NCBI GenBank assembly: GCA_000165345.1
Contig: CM000434.1
Location: 992,001 to 1,056,000, forward strand
Length of the DNA: 64,000 nucleotides
Reading direction: 5' to 3'
Below are positions 19,201 to 24,618 of the stretch, one piece after another. Within the stretch, counting starts at the first letter, position 1, and each line of letters begins with the position of its first letter. A program made the translations under genes and the position numbers. Below the pieces are notes generated by a model, which was not told the DNA's origin, searched no databases, and was given only the letters and a program-made list of their open reading frames with translations.

Positions 19201-21702
19201 TTATCAAATATTGTCTCAAATGCTTCAAATAGAATATTCTCAAAATGTCTTTCATCAGATGGAGGTGATTCTATTGCAAAATATAATGTTTGTGAACATA
19301 TCAAGTTTAAGAATTATAATAAAGGTTCTCCATCCACATTTTCTTTATGTACATGTATTTCAAAACCCGGTAACGTAAATAAGATTAGAGCTTATATGCA
19401 TCAAATTGGTCATACAATTGTTGGTGATTCTAAACATCTTGGTCAGAAACAACTAAGTTTGGATAGAAGATATTTTCCTAATATATTCTTTTATTGTACT
19501 CATTTGGAGATTCCTTTAATGCAAAATAATAATGTTAAAAAAGATGGTGATCATGAAATAGAGGAAAAGCGTGATGGGAATACAATAATATTGGATAGTA
19601 ATGCAATAATAAATAAAGAAAGTATTAAAGTTATGGCTCCAGTTTCAAGAGATATAATGGAACTTCTTGAGAATGATTTTGAAATTACAGAAAAGTTCTC
19701 AGATATGTACTTTTGTCATTTTTATAAGACTAATGTTGAACTTGAAAAGTTGGATAAAGCTGAAAAGACTTCACAAGTTACCCCTTCTGATGCTGATATA
19801 GAAACTAGAGTTGGGGATGATTTAGTAGAGTATAATGAAATTAAGGCTACAAATATGAAATCTGGTAATGTTATTATTAATGATGAAAAAGATAAAAGAA
19901 AATGTTCAGAAAGTACAGAAAATGATAATTTTGAGCCTCTTAGTATATCAAATACTCTGATAGCTTCTCTTCCTGGACTTGGATTTGGACTTACACCATT
20001 TCTTGGTATGCCTAATTCTCAATATGCTGCAAGTGTGAATTGTTCTCAAGATGAGAAATCATTGGAACGTAAACAAAACCAGCGATTATCATTATCTTCT
20101 TCTTCCTCCTCTTCTTCTTCCTCCTCTTCTTCCTCCTCTTCTTCTTCCTCCTCTTCTTCCTCCTCTTCCTCCTCTACTTCTTCTTCAGTTCATACTATGA
20201 TACCGCCAGATTCGGCTAGCTTATCTTCTCCAACTCCGGCATCAACTTTACATGCAAAGACAAATGCTGGAGTATTTACATCATTTGGATTTGGAAGGAA
20301 TTTTCTAACATCTTCTGTTGATAATTCAACAAACTCTGCAAGCATTGGAGGTGGGATTGGAAGAGTTGGAGGAGGAATTGGAAATATTAGAGGTGGAGGT
20401 ATATCATCTACTGGTGGTATGACAGTTAATAATACTGGTTTAAGGCATTTGGTATCTCAACACAACCAATCCGGAGGTGGAAATGGAGATGGAAGTAGTA
20501 TCATTAACAGCAATAGTAACAATAGTGGTAATAACAATAATAGTAGTTCTCTTCCTATAAAGACTCATCCAAGCTTGGTTTCTTGTCTTACAGAATTAAA
20601 CTCAAAATCAGATGGATCTGCACTGGGAATTGGACTAAGTACGAGCAATTTGGTGCCTGGAGGAGGAAATATCTTCCATCAACAAAACTTCATGCAGGGA
20701 ATAATGACAGGAGGAACAGGAGGAATAGGATTGGGAGGTATAGCAGGAAGTTTAGCAGGTGGAGCTGCAGGTGGGGTAACAGGTGGGGTTGCAGGCGGAG
20801 TGGCAGGTGGAGCTGCAGGAGGTTTAACAGGAGGTGGAGTAGCAGGAGTAGGAGTTTCACCATCACCAATTTTCCAACATCACGGGAACAATACAGCTGG
20901 AATTGTAAATAGTGGAAGATATGGAAGCTTAACAATGAACAGTGGTATTAGAATGGATGCAGGCACTGGTACGTTAGGTAATAATGCAGTACAAATGCAT
21001 CATCAACAGCATCAACAACAACAACAAAGTTCAGGGGCAAAACAGGGCTGGAATACTCAAGATCTGCTTCAAAATCCAAGATGGACTTCATCTGAAGTTA
21101 ATAACGATGGTTTTGGAGGTGGAGTCAATAGAATTGTAGGAGGAGGAGGAGGAGTCTCTGAAGAAATGAATGTAAATCAATGGAATAATGGAATTGGCGG
21201 GAATTTCAGAGCTTTAAACTCAAGAGGAATTAATAATTCTGGAGGATTAAACCTGTCAACAGTTAACTTGGTTACAGGAATAGGTATTGGCGGCAACATC
21301 GGTATCAATAGTAATATTGGTATTGGCAGTAATATTGGTAATGGAAATAGTACCACTGGATTAGGAAATATAAATGTAACAGAAGGTACCGGTATAACAA
21401 TTGGATCAGGAGTAACAATGGGACCAGGAGTAACAATAGGACCAGGAGTAACAATAGGACCAGGTTTATGGGGACAACATGCTGCCCAACAGCAACCCTC
21501 AATCATTGTTGATCCTCCGTCTCAGGGGAAACATTCGTCAATGCAACAACAAATTGGAGGAATTCCCAATATTGTCTCAAATCTACATGCCAAAAACATA
21601 CAAGACGGAATTAGTTCCCAAAGATTTGATACTTTTCCTCATGAAAGGGGTGAAACTACTGAGCATTTGGAATCTAGACAAGGAAAGAAATCTCCATTTT
21701 AA
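10243..21702 (+). CDS. giant multidomain protein (3819 aa): MATH domain + degenerate USP-like region + low-complexity tracts + C-terminal RluA-type pseudouridine synthase-like domain
   Basis: Single 11.46-kb ORF. MATH/TRAF-like block (YIDFPIRNFWKI…GFVDDEGTVLIRGRAEP). USP-like Cys-box and His-box analogues with catalytic residues not obviously conserved (…FVHLLYHIKEFRRAIF…; YSLYGVIIKEGDASG…WFRICDGLVERL). RluA motifs ILVNNDDLCIILKPPFWYCPIEG … QYIFLCHG … KIRAYMHQIGHTIVGD … FFYCTHLEIPL. In-frame microsatellites. Alternative start MVRNGD at 10285. Confidence 0.8.
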   Translation: MIILKEACVKKKDQMVRNGDQSLINISSTDKSDKWDLKHKNEEIPTRKVVEESSLEYYERSSRSASHFGKVYNGLYPVGPRLPSFSSSNKRSRLQSTYNEDEFSSSSANSSVINSDDKMYIDFPIRNFWKIAKTPIDMESPQIGYCRGFYYRLLVHPRGGSCNDSESSYLSVFLEALYHESYPDDWIFPNVRFQLSVVNFLDPKANITSWAHWTFSHDAMSRGWHKMVSHVRLTRAAGFVDDEGTVLIRGRAEPPFPRIWSRSPKCRPWSIWGTLPYRNASALAQYKPCITGTRQDQNQGCSDKHVITTNLCAFHELAENSNRGLLSCRAESLSSESCGISQHQLEGSLLVGSTPLSIMDRLLWSSSNLFVPTLRSQLNVDFVPAFVHLLYHIKEFRRAIFSWNPRIPKKCSTNQNPNSSERSKKHDPNHSPASFIDPQQPRTSIIEALQKTFAYMTLWPIAYSVKRSIRHSWQERIATDPSLVDDWCFSKCCKCGGEFDSYPNSPEMTDTSSLHTSNSRNGRHCASDKSIPTQSSIFKEKECLRCKLPPVPDCSWIMKALYMNDLQRIDVADPLMRFHCFIFGAIYLESAHAILQIAAHHRKSIPQNFRGSEKFANLESSEGKDEFERSELTDGEYKEFRESDERSLGSQRTRDQEQSRGQGRGQGQSQNQDQDQNQYYDHGQTQGRDMNISISSIFDLEEDLRVPTEFDNTCRVLFSSVAEDGGDCFSDYSTCCLRAKHIHSIPKAIEHYAHRFKRFPETLFIYFTPPKNAKKGELFDVPFRLEASFLLENSNVNVNTGIGVVDQDFKGIKSDNRGQNTNQQEDIQPLVTEQFQDDEVIDESTPDLKGKVRGNKEATGSESGQNTTSVVLDNNDSALCVESNDEYSLEYVSEDGFDENQDTSIQSDSQDDTTGHKSDVKSPNSENFFGSSSQYMEKWYSLYGVIIKEGDASGSNSTRSVHQLLIRPEEDGPWFRICDGLVERLIPKIEFTEWKCHGGFFCAAAVYIAEDYIDSIAAGDVMADCDIKTINPKLYQETLDLLEVSEEELQYIPSWVSTQVNTYGPNNVHLEMPSSEVDHLAMCVDIANVTVCDSTTCVFGHPLMDAGLSIDPYSLWMLVDYRWGWPLVNSYFQLQEPLVQAFSADPSVILSGRTILTPSAQKLLNSLSFKSLRDSIPKFWSLLFDIMLGPDLDSKDLDAILQVVPHLRSLSANIFLEIHRLLEEFGISEESQDLLFSQSELYSALEPDVNHCEINKDDLQDQDQDQQHDKGCLKEYLKNNITIEDKLVPYNKVKMILYPSIPSHPPSFQLNQNEITPSYNIALNFINRLHILLWPHLIHFIYELLPVAITIRLKRLLFKSSDDLLFDPRLTPEDLCARFLTESKFLLESSCCPLNLIRFCDNKQLLNAAINQVAAALDIHGSSYTAASCSLSCPTNRMIDRFASELGSSNFVVPILVYITQILLSGTLYRVSSKLLPPEALYTWPTSSSNQESLSLTGIGNLINHKDSTPSKQSTGSKKRNSSNKSSSGTASSNGLIVPNPLSEAIQHLQVNQVSFSHIDPYVFIPLHTFHAVSTPLLVNIIFENDLIGRKSFASESFLCASRVLHVNRLATVRHLYSAIRKVLYQQFLDTKISNSLDTPDVTPLDTPQSKNNNEHNTIGGRQQSSGHTHTNKKNTISNIPIPIDCEGFDLSWIPSNPLDVFCLYSLRPDTDPTRRGRLKYTYMQPNDFLENHYYGPHKSNYVTYCDVAILICVPPELKLQIPPGSQNSDHITKNSSSQMNTVSVSGVGVPGKAASLMGSISAGIGESDSDCACLYTCPSHIAHSPVCQSSRMIEKTVPKIVSPLFKAKLIDPLWSSTKFPMNDDSVAPLLIFKWFDQTTLDITLLSASICEARKSLRDCIVSWVFPRARRMGLMPQNSSKETPNADDYTVLEECHIRVCQNVRRWTSSIKKINRTTGDVFIVQKRYNNLGSSQPLISDCSFISPFISAALSSNSYSGIVDDFPPSLSRDELLAIITSMNTKKINQLGIFNTPIKGISGSNSPTVLDLKKNSLDRTWPISASPMGGDPKLTFSQFFDILKHGDDSGDFLASQIEDLDIYSYQNSSCKISMEDISSLKSGTDQGNSLNQAEKGNHSVTGVSNETTSIDLKSVTTFTNTNTVQILNANNSNQNDLSAISSNSLIGGTGVAGTSGGGSKKKKKASKKLPGIPSLQKSSIVKALNAQRRLESQSTRLVDNDSADLSGLRGRDQGQDHDQDLDHDRSQGQNQNQDQGQGQGQAQDHDQDQDQHSNQYNEEESKQDNKGNEKRKEGHKEKDVERSDIKVNNLSTALKKDANSPESMDKAGLEAKPDSSSPSSSFSYGTVSLRPEKLQKVPDELFEIALESFSGDSFSVSSLVGRLLERVICRFSEISNRKKEDSSSHISETFSDSNNRSEFLLWMNGLNDLVCNLSLIGGSKKIDQTLIQREIIQLLRRLLSTETSSQQLSSVASESLSSIIKYLEDGNLEPCFKSIIYNIPQVGSGSRSLISVPGLLKTIPKYGNNFNKESFNNYYNNMYNILVPVQQRSAILFTILLIKSLTILSPSSIIEMHLGLLPKTDYIRSNSLIKSTGYKSIKSFVLLAYFLNVFGVKDAMDVIISIQGVKGFENLLIRMASYTIGLRQYATSNFIIENIEKLHDHHPSLDWVSSLRITDKLAISEEVLKKTLETICDHFSTKSNSAFAQNKKTLDLIQNVEGIVRFSDINDFAYEQAQLLEMRKVGKDSPQILVNNDDLCIILKPPFWYCPIEGTGMDEDEQDEEDKQDEQEESVEYEEELEYKEDETDGDKIENQRNDDKKRRKVKKKLDHDNIQDENNKDEKTGIRKDLKNKVSSIIIKEEDNDSEIEVEKDNNNSNTDEFEEILNSGRMESILNFLKLRCKGIGLDLRGNEKMIKRIGLKLGVEIGGPILILKNEDMEKYYNKNEILNQIHCQYIFLCHGQIQNSSDRNVSLSNIVSNASNRIFSKCLSSDGGDSIAKYNVCEHIKFKNYNKGSPSTFSLCTCISKPGNVNKIRAYMHQIGHTIVGDSKHLGQKQLSLDRRYFPNIFFYCTHLEIPLMQNNNVKKDGDHEIEEKRDGNTIILDSNAIINKESIKVMAPVSRDIMELLENDFEITEKFSDMYFCHFYKTNVELEKLDKAEKTSQVTPSDADIETRVGDDLVEYNEIKATNMKSGNVIINDEKDKRKCSESTENDNFEPLSISNTLIASLPGLGFGLTPFLGMPNSQYAASVNCSQDEKSLERKQNQRLSLSSSSSSSSSSSSSSSSSSSSSSSSSSSTSSSVHTMIPPDSASLSSPTPASTLHAKTNAGVFTSFGFGRNFLTSSVDNSTNSASIGGGIGRVGGGIGNIRGGGISSTGGMTVNNTGLRHLVSQHNQSGGGNGDGSSIINSNSNNSGNNNNSSSLPIKTHPSLVSCLTELNSKSDGSALGIGLSTSNLVPGGGNIFHQQNFMQGIMTGGTGGIGLGGIAGSLAGGAAGGVTGGVAGGVAGGAAGGLTGGGVAGVGVSPSPIFQHHGNNTAGIVNSGRYGSLTMNSGIRMDAGTGTLGNNAVQMHHQQHQQQQQSSGAKQGWNTQDLLQNPRWTSSEVNNDGFGGGVNRIVGGGGGVSEEMNVNQWNNGIGGNFRALNSRGINNSGGLNLSTVNLVTGIGIGGNIGINSNIGIGSNIGNGNSTTGLGNINVTEGTGITIGSGVTMGPGVTIGPGVTIGPGLWGQHAAQQQPSIIVDPPSQGKHSSMQQQIGGIPNIVSNLHAKNIQDGISSQRFDTFPHERGETTEHLESRQGKKSPF
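12210..12275 (+). repeat. in-frame (GGY/CAA/GAT)n-type microsatellite encoding GQGRGQGQSQNQDQDQNQ in giant ORF
   Basis: caaggccgaggtcaaggtcaaagccaaaaccaagatcaagatcaaaaccag. Confidence 0.8.
16981..17105 (+). repeat. second in-frame GAT/CAG/GGT trinucleotide repeat (encodes DQGQDHDQDLDHD…QNQNQDQGQGQGQAQDHDQDQDQ) in giant ORF
   Basis: gatcaaggtcaagatcatgatcaagat…cagggtcagggtcagggtcaa. Confidence 0.8.
20092..20188 (+). repeat. (TCT/TCC)n microsatellite encoding a ~30-residue poly-serine tract in giant ORF
   Basis: tcttcttcttcctcctcttcttcttcctcc… continuous for ~95 nt. Confidence 0.9.
20707..20855 (+). repeat. Gly-rich GGxAGG hexapeptide-type repeat (ggtggggtaacaggtggggttgcaggcggagtggcagg…) in giant ORF
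   Basis: Repeated ggNgSNgcagg units encoding GGVAGGVAGGAAGGLTGGGVAGVG. Confidence 0.75.
21403..21465 (+). repeat. tandem 18-nt repeat (ggaccaggagtaacaata x ~3.5) encoding GPGVTI repeats
   Basis: ggatcaggagtaacaatg ggaccaggagtaacaata ggaccaggagtaacaata ggaccagg. Confidence 0.9.
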
Positions 21703-21850
21703 CAAGACAAAACAAAAAAATGTAACTTATAGCTTTTTCTTTTAAATTAAATATATATTTAAATTTGTCTCCCTTTTCTTTTTCTTTTTCTTCTTCTTCT
21801 TCTTCCTTATTTTTTTGGTCCTTTCAATATTTTGCATCCTCCATTTTTAC

Positions 21851-21884
21851 ATGCATGCAGAACTTTTGGCGCCACCCCACACTA
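21851..21884. promoter_or_regulatory. composite ATGCATGCA + E2F (ttttggcgccacc) + G-box-like (ccccacacta) module upstream of gene 22221
   Basis: Contiguous 34-nt GC-rich module. 20-mer almost identical to module at 53535-53558. Confidence 0.6.
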
Positions 21885-22220
21885 CCGGCATTGGATGCAT
21901 TTATTAGTAGTGGGCGAGGCACTCTAAGAGGTTTTTTTCTTTTTTTTTTTTATTATTTAAATTAAAATTCTAAAGTATTGGTAATAATAATCATAAAAAA
22001 AGTTTATATAATTATAACCACATTGATTAATATTTATTTCTAAATATTAATACTAATATTGTTTTCTATAAAATATCACTTCCTTGAATGTAATATTAAT
22101 ATCCTAATCTTCTTTCCCCTCTATATTAAAAATATTTCGAAAGAAGGGAATGAGGAAAAGTTGTTTAAGACATTAATAACTATTTGGAATAATTGTGTAT
22201 AAATAAGGGGGAAAAAAAGG

Positions 22221-24395
22221 ATGATTCCGAATGGATCAAAACTTGAGCTTGGAACTTTAGTATTAGGTTCTGAAACAGTAAGAAAAGGATGGAATGCATT
22301 TTCAACTTTAAATAATGCAATAGATGGAGTTAGAAAAGTGGCAAATGATGTAGTAGGATATAATAATTCAACAACAATAGGAAATGAGAATTATAAAGGA
22401 GAATTGGAAAATAATAAAATAGTAAGTATAATAGAGAAAATAGAAGTAGGACAGGTATATGGAAGATTAAAAAATGATTTAAAATTAATACAAATATTTG
22501 AAAGAGAAACAAAATCAATGGGAACTTTAGAAATTATTTCAATTAATAATAATTTAGACTTTTCATATTTAAATATAAGATGGAGACGAAAAATGGGTGA
22601 AAAATTAATTGATATACAAGGTAAAGATTCAAGCCTAAAATATAACTTAACAGCTGATGATGTAGGAACAATTATTATTATAGAAATATATCCAAAAGGA
22701 GAAGCAAATGATCCTTTAAATATTACATATTGTGAATTAGGACCTATAGAAATAGATGATACAACAAAGATATCTTTATCAAAATCTTTAAAAACAGGTC
22801 TTATTAGATTCCCTGTAGAAATTATAAAAGATGAATTTGAAAGCTTAATAAATCCAGAAAATTCTTCAAAAGAATTAAAAAATGATGAAGATTCAATAAT
22901 GACAAAAGATATTTTGGTAGTAACAAATGATGATGTTAAAGTAATTAAAAATGGAATGACAAGTTCAAATTCAAACTTTGAAAAGAAAATTGTATGGTCA
23001 GCAAAATACTTTGGTGGTAATATACATATTCAATTAAATCATCAATCATCATCTTGTCAAGAATTCACTCTTTGTTCTGGATACGATATTCATAAACAAA
23101 AGATATCAATTAAAACAACAAGTAGAAATGCTAGAGATATTGCAGCTTTAACAATTAGATGTTTAAATATTAGACACACAATATCATTAGAAGCTATAAT
23201 TGGAGGTGGAGTTTCCTGGATCCCAAAAAACTCAACAGTAAATGATTCAGATAATATGGAAATTGAAGAAAATAGAAAATTAAATATTTTTGCTTATATA
23301 GGACGTCTAGAAGATGAAATTGCAAATTTAGAGAATAACAAGGAAAAACTGAACGAAGATAAAAAACTTCTTCAAACTGAAAAAGCTATTTTAGAAAATG
23401 AATTAGCTGAGACAATTTCAGCTTATCAAGATATAATTTCTCAATATCAACAAGAAAAAGATACTAAAACCAATACTAACAAACAAACCAAAGAATTTAA
23501 CATAGAATTTGGGCTTGAAAAGAACACAGGAATTAAACAATCCAACAATAGTCCAAACAAAAAGTCGATTCAATCAAATTCAAATAATTCTCATAAATCT
23601 ACCTTACTACATGGTTACAGTGGTACCTATCCTATAAATAATTCAAAACAAGATGGATCTAGCAATTCAGAAAATAATAATAACTCACAGAAAAATGAAT
23701 CCATTCAACAAAATTCCACTGAAATTAATAAAATAATTGAAGAAAATGCTTCTCTTAAAGAGTCCATTTCTCAACTTAATAAAAAATTTGAAAATGAAAT
23801 TGGCGCCAAAGAGTCAATGGAGCGCATGCATGCAGAAATTGAAGAATTGCGCGGGAGATTGGAAAGGTCGGAAAAAGAAAAGGAAGACTATAAAAGATTA
23901 AATGAAAAATTAGATGGCGAAATCTTTGTTAAAAATCAAGAATTAGAGAGTATTAAGTTAGGACAATGTTTAAATTCGACTAGAAATATAGAAAAGATAC
24001 AGCAATTGGAAGATCGCATATTGGATCTTCAGAGTCAGAATTCTGAAAAACAACAAGCTATTCAAACTTTATCAACAGAAAAATCAAAGCTTCTAAAAGA
24101 CTTTTCATCATTAAAATTAGACTTTGATAAGCTTAAGGAGCAACATAATCAACTAAATAAGAGATACATAAGCTTAAATCTTGAGAATTCAAGAATTCAT
24201 GATCAAGAAAAATCATCAAAATTTGACAATGAACTCATGAATTCTGACTCTCAAAACAAAAATGACCAAGCTGTTGATATTACAAAACTAAAAAGTGAGC
24301 TTGAAGATTATAAGAAAACTAATTGTGAGCTTAACCAGACTATAACTCAACTTAAAACAAGAATACGAAGGTTAGCAATGATCAATTCTACTTAG
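22221..24395 (+). CDS. hypothetical protein, 724 aa, with C-terminal coiled-coil region
   Basis: Long ORF. C-terminal 300 aa heptad-rich (LEDRILDLQSQNSEKQQAIQTLSTEKSKLLKDF…). E2F/G-box/GCATGCA module 350 bp upstream. Confidence 0.65.
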   Translation: MIPNGSKLELGTLVLGSETVRKGWNAFSTLNNAIDGVRKVANDVVGYNNSTTIGNENYKGELENNKIVSIIEKIEVGQVYGRLKNDLKLIQIFERETKSMGTLEIISINNNLDFSYLNIRWRRKMGEKLIDIQGKDSSLKYNLTADDVGTIIIIEIYPKGEANDPLNITYCELGPIEIDDTTKISLSKSLKTGLIRFPVEIIKDEFESLINPENSSKELKNDEDSIMTKDILVVTNDDVKVIKNGMTSSNSNFEKKIVWSAKYFGGNIHIQLNHQSSSCQEFTLCSGYDIHKQKISIKTTSRNARDIAALTIRCLNIRHTISLEAIIGGGVSWIPKNSTVNDSDNMEIEENRKLNIFAYIGRLEDEIANLENNKEKLNEDKKLLQTEKAILENELAETISAYQDIISQYQQEKDTKTNTNKQTKEFNIEFGLEKNTGIKQSNNSPNKKSIQSNSNNSHKSTLLHGYSGTYPINNSKQDGSSNSENNNNSQKNESIQQNSTEINKIIEENASLKESISQLNKKFENEIGAKESMERMHAEIEELRGRLERSEKEKEDYKRLNEKLDGEIFVKNQELESIKLGQCLNSTRNIEKIQQLEDRILDLQSQNSEKQQAIQTLSTEKSKLLKDFSSLKLDFDKLKEQHNQLNKRYISLNLENSRIHDQEKSSKFDNELMNSDSQNKNDQAVDITKLKSELEDYKKTNCELNQTITQLKTRIRRLAMINST

Positions 24396-24546
24396 ATTTT
24401 AAACTTCTATCTTTTTCTTTAAGTCCAATTATCTCCAAATATTTATAAATCTATTTCTTATTTATTTATTATAGTTATTTAATTATTAAATAGTCCATTT
24501 ATTTATTTGTCCACCTTTTTTTACCTTTATATTTTGTGGCCTCACT

Positions 24547-24558
24547 TTTTGGCGCCAA
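24547..24558. promoter_or_regulatory. E2F-like site ttttggcgccaa, 60 bp upstream of TRAPPC8-like ATG
   Basis: TGGCGCCA core in spacer. Confidence 0.55.
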
Positions 24559-24618
24559 GTGTGAATATTCATCTTTAAAGCTTTATTATGAACAGAAATC
24601 TATAGTTATGCAGACAAA

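Noticed and set aside
21765-21965. 66-aa ORF in spacer between giant ORF and gene 22221; similarly 58639-58821 (60 aa) and 30618-30935 (105 aa)
   Set aside because: Each spans promoter or 3' motif clusters (E2F/GCATGCA boxes) or overlaps the RPS5 3' end. Their codon composition is atypical, so they are more parsimoniously non-coding.
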